Shown: piece after piece, positions 26,768 through 34,073 of the stretch
How the letters are laid out: every line of letters starts with the position of its first letter
How positions within the stretch are numbered: position 1 is the stretch's first letter
Origin: an uncultured Frankiaceae bacterium
Lineage (GTDB): Bacteria; Actinomycetota; Actinomycetes; JAFAQI01
DNA: 38,808 nt
Reading direction: 5' to 3'
Assembly (NCBI GenBank): GCA_964395425.1
Contig: CAYNDD010000004.1
Span: 1-38,808 of the forward strand
The notes under the pieces: model-generated
Told to the model about the DNA's origin: nothing
The model's database searches: none
What the model saw: only the letters and a program-made list of their open reading frames with translations
Program-made: the position numbers and the translations under genes

Positions 26768-27733
26768 ATGGCGGGGGCCGACATCGGGCTGGACGTGCGT
26801 CCGCCGCTTCGCTATCTGTCGGCCACCGATGTCACCTCGCGCCTGGACCTGGCGAGTGTCGTTGAGTCCGTGCGAACGGCATTCTTGGCGAACCATCGCG
26901 ACAGCGATGAACAGCCACAGCGACTGGCCCTCGGGGCGGGCGAGCTGCTCGTGATGGCGAGTCGACGCCGGGCAGAGCGTGACGCGGTGGTCAAGGTCCT
27001 CCGGGTCAACACCGACGGCAAGGACTCCCAGACAACTCCAGCCACCATCGACGGAGTCCTGCTGTGGCTGGGTGGCATGGGTGAGCCCATTCTGGCCATT
27101 GACGCAGGCTCCGTAACCGCCCTCCGCACGGCAGCGATCGTGGCCCTGGCCACCGACCTACTCGCGGACCCCGCGGCGAAGCGGCTGGCAATCCTCGGCG
27201 CCGGACGGCAAGCACGCGAGCAGGGTCCGGCGGTCGCGTTGGTGCGCCCCCTGACCGATATCGTGGTGTGGAATCGCACCCAGCGCCGTGCCGACGCACT
27301 GGCCGAGCACCTGGCCGCGACGATGCAAGACGTCTCAGTGCGGGTCGCGGATCATCCCTTTGAGGCAGTGAAGGACGCCGACATCGTGTGCTGCGCGACG
27401 GCCGCGACGGAGCCACTGTTCGCCGCATCGGTTCTCGACGCAGGGGCGCATGTGAACGCGATCGGTTCCTACCGCCCTGACATGCATGAGTTCTCGTCCG
27501 AACTCCTGGGCAAGGCATCGATAATCGCCGTCGATAGCGCGGCCGCCTGCCTCGTCGAGGCCGGCGAGATCATCGACGCCGTTGGGGCCGGGGTCATCGG
27601 AGCCGACGCACTCCGTGAGCTTGCCGACCTGCTCACCCAGCCGCCGGCCCGCCGCGGTCTCACGGTCTTCAAGTCGGTCGGGGTGGCCTTGGCCGACTTC
27701 GCGGTAGCCGCGCAGCTCGCCGCGACGGTGTGA
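26768..27733 (+). CDS. Ornithine cyclodeaminase / mu-crystallin family NAD(P)-dependent enzyme
   Basis: 321 aa. The Rossmann motif is LAILGAGRQAREQ. Family-typical segments include TALRTAA and AIGSYRPDMHE. Confidence 0.8.
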   Translation: MAGADIGLDVRPPLRYLSATDVTSRLDLASVVESVRTAFLANHRDSDEQPQRLALGAGELLVMASRRRAERDAVVKVLRVNTDGKDSQTTPATIDGVLLWLGGMGEPILAIDAGSVTALRTAAIVALATDLLADPAAKRLAILGAGRQAREQGPAVALVRPLTDIVVWNRTQRRADALAEHLAATMQDVSVRVADHPFEAVKDADIVCCATAATEPLFAASVLDAGAHVNAIGSYRPDMHEFSSELLGKASIIAVDSAAACLVEAGEIIDAVGAGVIGADALRELADLLTQPPARRGLTVFKSVGVALADFAVAAQLAATV

Positions 27734-27740
27734 GCGACCC

Positions 27741-28937
27741 ATGACGCGCCCGCGCCGGGCCGTCGTGGTCGGTGCCGGTGTCGTAGGACTCTCGACGGCC
27801 TGGTTCCTGCAAGAGCACGACATCGAGGTGACCGTCGTCGACCAGGTGGGGGTGGCCGCAGGCGCGTCGCGCGGGAACGCCGGCTGGATCACGCCCGGAT
27901 GGGCGGTGCCGCTCACTGAGCCGGCGGCGCTGCGGGCCGGGCTGGCGTCGATGCTCACACCCAATTCGACGTTCTTCGCGGTCTCACCGCGGTCCGGTCC
28001 TAGTACCTGGTGGTTTCTCGCTCGGCTCGCGGCCCACTGCACGCCACGCCGCTGGGAACGCGCGCGGTCGATGCTGGCTGCGCTCAACGAGAAGGCCTTT
28101 AGGGCGTACGACACGCTTGCCCGAGCAGGCGTCGTTGCCACCCCGGTCGACGAGCCCTTGATCGCTGCCTTCACCAGGCCCGAGCACGCGTCCCACCTGC
28201 ACGCCGGCGACCTCGAGACCCTGTCGCTGGCCGACGCACGAGGTCTGGTCCCGCTGCTGAGCGACCAGGTCACCCACGCCGTACGGATCAACGGCACCCG
28301 CTACCTGCACCCCGCGCTCTTCGTCGAAGCGTTGGCGACCTCGTTCACCCAACGTGGCGGGGTCATAGCCGTTGAGCGGGTGACCGGGATCGACCCAGCC
28401 GGCCAGGTGGAGACCGAGTCCGGGACCCTTCGCGCCGATGTCGCCGTGATCGCGACCGGTGCCGCCATCGGCCGGCTCGCGCGCCCGCTTGGCGTCCGAG
28501 GGCCGGTGCGCGCCGGGCGTGGCCATTCCTTTACCGTCGCGACCGACCTGCCCAACGACCACCCGATCTACCTGCCGCACCAGCGCATCACCTGCACTCC
28601 CGACGGGGGACGGGTGCGGCTAACCAGCACGATGGAGTTCGGGCCGCCGAGCGCTGCGTCCCGGGCTCGTCGGATCGACGCGATCGTTCGCCGCGCCTCG
28701 CCGCTGCTCACTGGCATCGACTGGACACAGCGCAACGACGAGTGGTCCGGCGACCGCCCGGTGACCAGCGACGGCCTGCCGATCATCGGTGCCACCCGCA
28801 TCCCCAACGTCTACGTCGCAGGCGGACACGCCATGTGGGGCATGACTCAGGGACCGGCATCAGGCCAGCTGCTCGCACGCTTCGTGGCAACAGGCACTCT
28901 CCCGGACGTCCTGAAGAGCTTCGACCCATTGCGTTGA
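27741..28937 (+). CDS. FAD-dependent D-amino-acid dehydrogenase/oxidase-like oxidoreductase (DadA-like)
   Basis: 398 aa. The N-terminus, RRAVVVGAGVVGLSTAWFLQEHDIEVTVVDQ, matches the DadA-type dinucleotide fold. The C-terminus contains GGHAMWGMTQGPASG. Confidence 0.8.
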   Translation: MTRPRRAVVVGAGVVGLSTAWFLQEHDIEVTVVDQVGVAAGASRGNAGWITPGWAVPLTEPAALRAGLASMLTPNSTFFAVSPRSGPSTWWFLARLAAHCTPRRWERARSMLAALNEKAFRAYDTLARAGVVATPVDEPLIAAFTRPEHASHLHAGDLETLSLADARGLVPLLSDQVTHAVRINGTRYLHPALFVEALATSFTQRGGVIAVERVTGIDPAGQVETESGTLRADVAVIATGAAIGRLARPLGVRGPVRAGRGHSFTVATDLPNDHPIYLPHQRITCTPDGGRVRLTSTMEFGPPSAASRARRIDAIVRRASPLLTGIDWTQRNDEWSGDRPVTSDGLPIIGATRIPNVYVAGGHAMWGMTQGPASGQLLARFVATGTLPDVLKSFDPLR

Positions 28938-28987
28938 TGACGCGCCGCCCGAGCCCGTCGCCTCGACCGAAGCGTGAGCCACCGCGT

Positions 28988-30217
28988 TCAGGCGGCGTGC
29001 GTCTGCGTGCCTGGTTCTTCTTTCCAGACGGTGACTTGGTTGTGGATGTCTTTGTGGATGCGCCATCGGGTGTGGTGGACGGTCCAGTGATGGAACGGAC
29101 ACAGGTGGATCCCGTTGGTCTTGTCGGTGGGTCCGTGGTCTTGGACCCAGTGCTGTTCATGGTGGATCCGGCATCGGTGCAGGGGTGCTTGGCAGCCGGG
29201 CCATCGGCACCCGCGGTCTTCCAGGCGTAGGGCGCGGCGTTGCGCGCGGGTCCAGGTCCGGGTGGAACGGCCGAGATCGAGGACCTCACTGTGACCGCCG
29301 AGCACGGCGGGGATGATCTGCGCGTCACACGCGATCATCCGGGCCGTGTTCGGGGTGATCGCGACCCCGTTCATGCTGACCGTCCCCGAGATCGGGTCGC
29401 TGCACGCGTCTGGGTGCGCCTGGATCTGGGCGGTGAGCTGGTCGTAGCCGATGGTGACGATGACCTGCGGGGGTTCACCACCGGTCTCGGGGAGCCCACC
29501 GGCGGCCAACGCGACCTCGGCGACGGTGACGAGCGCGTCAGCCGTGCGCTGCCCATGGGTCCGCTGATCGTCCGGCCCGGTACTCGCCAGTAGCGGGCTC
29601 AGCGCGGCTTTGATGCTCGCGGCGCTGGCGGGGTCGAGCATCCCTTCGACCGAGGTCATCCCCTCGAAGGTCTCCGAGAGCCGTAGCCACCGGGAGTCGT
29701 ACTTGCGTTGCGCGGCGGCTTCCGCGTCGTCGTTGGTGAGCCTGGCGATCAGCTCCCGGGTGAACGAGCCGAGCCGGCCCGGATCCACCGACTCGGCGGC
29801 GGTGACAAGCTCGGCTTCGACCACCTCACGCAGCTCGGCGGGGGCCTTCTGCACCGCGCCGGTGATCACCCTGGCCGCCTCCAGGGACAGCCGGCCGGCA
29901 CCGAACGCCTCCCCGATCCGGTGGTGGTAGGGCAGGCCACGCGCGACAGTCAAGAAGCGCGACGCTTCGGCCGGGGCGAGGAGCTGGTCTTCGATCAGCC
30001 AACCGCGGGTCTGCCGGCCGTACTCCTCCACGGTGACGTCCCGCACGTCGATCACCTGAAGCTGGCCGGTGATCACCGCGTCGAGCTGGTTCCGCAACTC
30101 CAACAACAGCTCGGTGCTGTTGAGCAGCTCCAGGTCGGCAAGAGCATGCGGGTCTTCGGCGAGCACCGCGTGCACCCCGTCAGCGATCTGAGCGACCGCG
30201 GCCCGTGGCGTGTACAT
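28988..30217 (-). CDS. DUF222-type protein with a C-terminal HNH endonuclease domain (13E12-repeat-like family)
   Basis: The C-terminus is CRWPGCQAPLHRCRIHHEQHWVQDHGPTDKTNGIHLCPFHHWTVHH. I call ATG 30217; TAAAGT (30225-30230, minus strand) lies 7 nt upstream, so the start may be leaderless. The ORF stays open to 30304. Confidence 0.8.
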   Translation of the reverse strand: MYTPRAAVAQIADGVHAVLAEDPHALADLELLNSTELLLELRNQLDAVITGQLQVIDVRDVTVEEYGRQTRGWLIEDQLLAPAEASRFLTVARGLPYHHRIGEAFGAGRLSLEAARVITGAVQKAPAELREVVEAELVTAAESVDPGRLGSFTRELIARLTNDDAEAAAQRKYDSRWLRLSETFEGMTSVEGMLDPASAASIKAALSPLLASTGPDDQRTHGQRTADALVTVAEVALAAGGLPETGGEPPQVIVTIGYDQLTAQIQAHPDACSDPISGTVSMNGVAITPNTARMIACDAQIIPAVLGGHSEVLDLGRSTRTWTRAQRRALRLEDRGCRWPGCQAPLHRCRIHHEQHWVQDHGPTDKTNGIHLCPFHHWTVHHTRWRIHKDIHNQVTVWKEEPGTQTHAA

Positions 30218-30261
30218 GTGAATGACTTTAGGAACCGGGTCTGACAGTTTTCGGGCCAGAA

Positions 30262-30314
30262 AACCGTTGTGAACAAACAAAAAACAAGCAATTCGTGTCC
30301 ACAACTGTGGACAC
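30262..30314 (-). terminator. Possible terminator of tetR-potA: 20-bp palindrome followed by a T-rich tract
   Basis: On the minus-strand RNA the sequence reads GTGTCCACA-GT-TGTGGACAC (30295-30314), then GAATTGC, then TTGTTTTTTGTTTGTT. It lies 64 nt after the potA-like stop. The 2-nt loop and 7-nt gap are non-canonical. It could instead be an operator for the HNH gene. Confidence 0.35.
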
Positions 30315-30377
30315 GATCACCACCATCCACAGAACCCAGGCGAGCCCTTGACGATCAACCAGCGTGTCTGCCCGGCG

Positions 30378-31508
30378 TCAGGCGGGGTCGCCGGGGTCTG
30401 CGGCGTCCCAGTCGCCGGGGGCTTTGGCGGCGAAGGCGGGATCCTCGGGGAGCACGCGCAGGGCGTGCGCCGGCAGATGCACGTTGACCGGGGTGCCCTG
30501 GGTCAACGCAACGGCGGCCTGCTCACCGGTGAGCTGGGCCTGCAGCGACGGGCCGGCGGCCAGCCGGACATAGACCTGGGTCGACGATCCGAGGAACACG
30601 CTGCGCTCGACCATCGCCGGTGCCCGGTTGTCGCCGGGGCTGCCGTGCGGCTCGAGCAGGACGTTCTCGGGGCGGATCGACAACATCGCCGGACCACGCG
30701 ACTGCGAGCCGTTCGACTCGACCGACAGCACCGATTCGCCGAGCTTCACCTGGCATTTCTGGCCGGCCTCGATGACCTCGACGCTCATCAGGTTGGACAC
30801 CCCGAGGAAGTCCGCGACGTAGGTCGATGCCGGCGCTTCGTACACCTCGCGCGGCGAGCCGACCTGGGCCAGCTTGCCGTCGCACATCACGGCCAGCCGG
30901 TCGGACATCGTGAGGGCTTCCTCCTGGTCGTGGGTGACGTAGAGGAAGGTGATGCCGACCCGCTCCTGGAGGGCCTTGAGCTCGACCTTCAACGCGCGAC
31001 GCAGCTTCGCGTCGAGCGCGCCGAGCGGCTCGTCGAGCAGTAACACCGCCGGGTTCAGCACCAACGCGCGGGCCAGCGCTACCCGCTGCTGCTGGCCGCC
31101 GGAGATCTCGCTCGGGCGGCGCTTGGCGTACTGCCCCATCTCGACCAGATCGAGCGCGGCGCCGACCTGGCGGACCATGTCGGCCTTGGAGACCTTGCGG
31201 TAGCGCAGCCCGAACGCGACGTTGTCGTAGACGCTGAGGAACGGGAACAGCGCGTAGTTCTGGAAGACCGTGTTGACGTTGCGCTTGTCCGGCGGCACCC
31301 GCGAGACGTCGGAGCCGTCGAGCAGGATCTGCCCGCTGGTGGGTTGCTCGAAGCCGGCAATCATCCGCAGCGTGGTGGTCTTGCCACAGCCAGAGGGTCC
31401 GAGCAGCGAGAAGAACTCGCCGCTGGCGATGTTCAGGTCGATCGCGTCGACCGCGGTCTCGGTGAACCGCTTGGTGAGACCGATCAGGTCGATCTGGCCG
31501 CCAGGCAC
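30378..31508 (-). CDS. PotA-type ABC transporter ATPase (polyamine/iron(III) importer class)
   Basis: I call GTG 31508 (AAGGAG upstream). 376 aa. Motifs are LLGPSGCGKTTTLRMIAGFE, LSGGQQQRVALARAL and LLLDEPLGALD. A TOBE-like C-terminal domain is present. The 468-aa ORF in the track overlaps the tetR 3' end. Confidence 0.9.
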   Translation of the reverse strand: MPGGQIDLIGLTKRFTETAVDAIDLNIASGEFFSLLGPSGCGKTTTLRMIAGFEQPTSGQILLDGSDVSRVPPDKRNVNTVFQNYALFPFLSVYDNVAFGLRYRKVSKADMVRQVGAALDLVEMGQYAKRRPSEISGGQQQRVALARALVLNPAVLLLDEPLGALDAKLRRALKVELKALQERVGITFLYVTHDQEEALTMSDRLAVMCDGKLAQVGSPREVYEAPASTYVADFLGVSNLMSVEVIEAGQKCQVKLGESVLSVESNGSQSRGPAMLSIRPENVLLEPHGSPGDNRAPAMVERSVFLGSSTQVYVRLAAGPSLQAQLTGEQAAVALTQGTPVNVHLPAHALRVLPEDPAFAAKAPGDWDAADPGDPA

Positions 31509-31524
31509 TCGATATAGCTCCTTG

Positions 31525-32226
31525 CTATGACGGGCGCGGGGACCGCGGCGCCTGACCCACTCGCTGCCGGCGCCCGCGGGGCTTGGGCGACCAGCTGAAC
31601 CCGAGTTGGCCGGCGGCGAACTCCATGCTGAGTCGGAAGGTCCTCTCGTTGTCGACGACCGGGTCACACAGTGCAATCTGGATGGCGAATCCGTCAAGGA
31701 GTGCGGACAGCAGAATCGAGAACGAGTCCGCGTCGATCGCGGCGAACTCGCCCGATGCCTGCCCCTCGGTGACGAGGTCGACAATGGTCTGGCGCCAGCG
31801 CTCGTCGAACTCGCGGCGGACCGCGGCCACCTCGGGATGCCGTGCTGCCTGCGCCCACAGGTCGAGCCAGAGCGTCCACGACACCGGGTCGCCCTCTTCT
31901 TCCGGCATGCAGGTCATCGCGACCAGCTCTTCGAGCCGGCCCGCGGCGGTGGGGATGCTCGCGATCCTGGCGATGCCCTCGGCGTACCAGCGGTCTTCGG
32001 AGAGGCGGATCGCCTCGGTCAGCAGCTGGTCGCGGGTCTTGAAGTAGTAGATGACCAGGGCCGGGCTGGTGCCGGCCCGCGCCGCGACGTCGGCGATCCG
32101 GGTCTCCGGGAAGCCGCGTTCGCCGATGACGGTCAGGGCGGCCTCGAGCAGCTGGTCGCGGCGGCCGTCGGGCGGGCTCGCGGCACTCGGGTCGCCGGCT
32201 TCCGGGGCAAGCGCGCTCATCTGCAC
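31525..32226 (-). CDS. TetR/AcrR-family transcriptional regulator
   Basis: 233 aa, starting at GTG 32226 or ATG 32220. The HTH is RDQLLEAALTVIGERGFPETRIADVAARAGTSPALVIYYFKTRDQLL. It lies 16 nt upstream of the ATPase gene on the same strand. Confidence 0.85.
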   Translation of the reverse strand: MQMSALAPEAGDPSAASPPDGRRDQLLEAALTVIGERGFPETRIADVAARAGTSPALVIYYFKTRDQLLTEAIRLSEDRWYAEGIARIASIPTAAGRLEELVAMTCMPEEEGDPVSWTLWLDLWAQAARHPEVAAVRREFDERWRQTIVDLVTEGQASGEFAAIDADSFSILLSALLDGFAIQIALCDPVVDNERTFRLSMEFAAGQLGFSWSPKPRGRRQRVGQAPRSPRPS

Positions 32227-32301
32227 GACCTTAGGATGAAATCCTCGCCGGAATGCAGTGAACGGATCGTCAACACCACTCGATCTCCTGCACCAGATCC
32301 C

Positions 32302-32346
32302 TTGTCGCGGACCTTATCAGTTCCTAGACTGAACATTCAGTCAAAC
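32302..32346 (+). promoter_or_regulatory. Promoter-operator cassette P2 (between tetR and the COG1233 oxidoreductase)
   Basis: TTGTCG (32302-32307), a 17-nt spacer, TAGACT (32325-32330), and the inverted repeat GACTGAACATTCAGTC (32327-32342) with perfect 6-bp arms. Confidence 0.6.
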
Positions 32347-32350
32347 AATG

Positions 32351-32388
32351 AGATCCTGTCAGCAGGCAGACAGATCCTGTCAGCAGGC
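32351..32388 (+). repeat. Tandem 21-bp-period direct repeat, AGATCCTGTCAGCAGGC x2, in the predicted 5' leader
   Basis: Identical 17-mers lie at 32351-32367 and 32372-32388. Each contains CCTG-TCAG-CAGG. A third GAGATCC sits at 32409-32415 and overlaps the Shine-Dalgarno GGAGA. Confidence 0.8.
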
Positions 32389-32417
32389 GGAACCGGCCGA
32401 ACTCAGCGGAGATCCCA

Positions 32418-34073
32418 ATGACCAGCAGTAGTTACGACGCGATCGTCGTCGGTGGCGGACACAACGGCCTGGTGGCCGCGGCATACCTGGCCCGCAACGG
32501 CGCCAACACGGTGGTGCTGGAGTCCCGGCACAAGACCGGTGGCGCGGCGACCACTGAGTCGCCGTGGCCGGACGCGCCGGAGTTCAAGGTGACCCGGCTG
32601 TCCTATGTCATGAGCCTGCTGCCACCGACGATCATGCGCGAGCTGCAGCTGGAGCGCCACGGCTACAAGGTCCACCCGATGGGCCCCTACTACCAGGCCT
32701 TCGCCGACGGCGGATCGATCAAGATCCTCGCCGACGACGCGAAGCGCAACCACGAAGAGATCTCCAAGTGGTCCAAGAAGGACGCCGACGCGATGGTCAA
32801 ATGGGACGCCTGGATGGGCGGGCTCGCCGACGTCCTCGGCCCGCTGCTGCTCACCGTCCCGCCGAAGCTGGGCTCCAAGCGCCCGGCCGACCTGGTCGAC
32901 ACCCTGCGGCTGGCCTGGCGGCATCGCGGCGTCGACGTCCGCACGATCGGTGACGTCACCCGGCTGATGGGGATGAGCATCGCCGACCTGCTCGACGACT
33001 GGTTCGAGTCGCCGCAGGTCAAGGGGGCGATGGCGGTCAACGGCGTCATCGGCACCTGGGCCGGACCGTGCGAGCCGGGTACGGCGTACGTCATGGCGCA
33101 CCACTCGATCGGTGACATCGGCGACGGCCATCTCGGCAACTGGGGCTTCCCGGAGGGCGGGATGGGCGGGGTCGCGACCGCGATCGAGAACTCGGCCCGC
33201 AGCTTCGGCGCGGAGATCCGGCTCAACGCGCCGGTCTCGCGCCTGCTGGTCGAGAACGGCCGGGTCCAGGGTGCCGTGCTGGCCAACGGCGACGAGCTGC
33301 GCGCCCCCGTGGTGGTCTCGAGTCTGCACCCGCGCACTGCCTTCCTCGACCATGTCGGCCGGGCCAACCTGCCGTCGGACTTCGTCCGCGACATCGAGAC
33401 CTGGAAGACCCGCAGCGGGGTCGTGAAGATCAACTTGGCGCTCGCCGAGCTGCCCGACTTCATCGCCGACCCGGGCACCAACCTGCAGGAGCACCACACC
33501 GGCTCGGTGGAGATGGCGCCCTCGGTCGAATACATGGAGCAGGCCTTCCAGGACGCCCGCAACGGCAAGGCTGCGGTCCGGCCGTTCAGCGACGGCGTGA
33601 TCCCGTCGACCTTCGACCGCTCGCTGTGCCCGGAGGGCACGCACATCATGTCGCTGTTCACCCAGTGGGTGCCTGAGACGTGGAGCGAGGAGCCGCACGC
33701 CGAGGAGATCGAGGCGTACGCCGACCGGATGATCGACTGCTACAACGAGCTCGCCCCGAACTTCAAGAGCTCGATCCTGCATCGCGACGTGGTCAGCCCG
33801 TACGAGATGGAGCAGGAGTACGGGCTGGTCGGCGGCAACATCTTCCACGGCGAGCTCTCGATCGAGCAGCTGTTCCACATGCGCCCGGCGCCGGGCTATG
33901 CCGACTACCGCACGCCGGTCAAGGGTCTGTACAACGCCAGCTCGGCGACCCACGCCGGCGGCGGCGTGTGCGGCATTCCCGGCTGGCAGGCGGCCAAGGC
34001 CGCGATCCGTGACGCCAAGGTGGCGGCCGGCCGGCAGCGGCTGTCCGGTCTGCTGCCGTCCAAGCGGGGGTGA
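32418..34073 (+). CDS. NAD(P)/FAD-dependent oxidoreductase, phytoene-desaturase-like (COG1233-type); paralogue of 6923-8374
   Basis: 551 aa. The N-terminus is YDAIVVGGGHNGLVAAAYLARNGANTVVLESRHKTGGAA. GGAGA precedes ATG 32418. Confidence 0.8.
   Translation: MTSSSYDAIVVGGGHNGLVAAAYLARNGANTVVLESRHKTGGAATTESPWPDAPEFKVTRLSYVMSLLPPTIMRELQLERHGYKVHPMGPYYQAFADGGSIKILADDAKRNHEEISKWSKKDADAMVKWDAWMGGLADVLGPLLLTVPPKLGSKRPADLVDTLRLAWRHRGVDVRTIGDVTRLMGMSIADLLDDWFESPQVKGAMAVNGVIGTWAGPCEPGTAYVMAHHSIGDIGDGHLGNWGFPEGGMGGVATAIENSARSFGAEIRLNAPVSRLLVENGRVQGAVLANGDELRAPVVVSSLHPRTAFLDHVGRANLPSDFVRDIETWKTRSGVVKINLALAELPDFIADPGTNLQEHHTGSVEMAPSVEYMEQAFQDARNGKAAVRPFSDGVIPSTFDRSLCPEGTHIMSLFTQWVPETWSEEPHAEEIEAYADRMIDCYNELAPNFKSSILHRDVVSPYEMEQEYGLVGGNIFHGELSIEQLFHMRPAPGYADYRTPVKGLYNASSATHAGGGVCGIPGWQAAKAAIRDAKVAAGRQRLSGLLPSKRG

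Noticed and set aside
28988-30304. HNH endonuclease considered as part of a defence island, prophage or integrative element.
   Set aside because: It is a single gene of the DUF222/HNH type. The window contains no integrase, recombinase, tRNA target, flanking direct repeats that I could find, or partner defence genes. I kept it only as a possible rearrangement marker.
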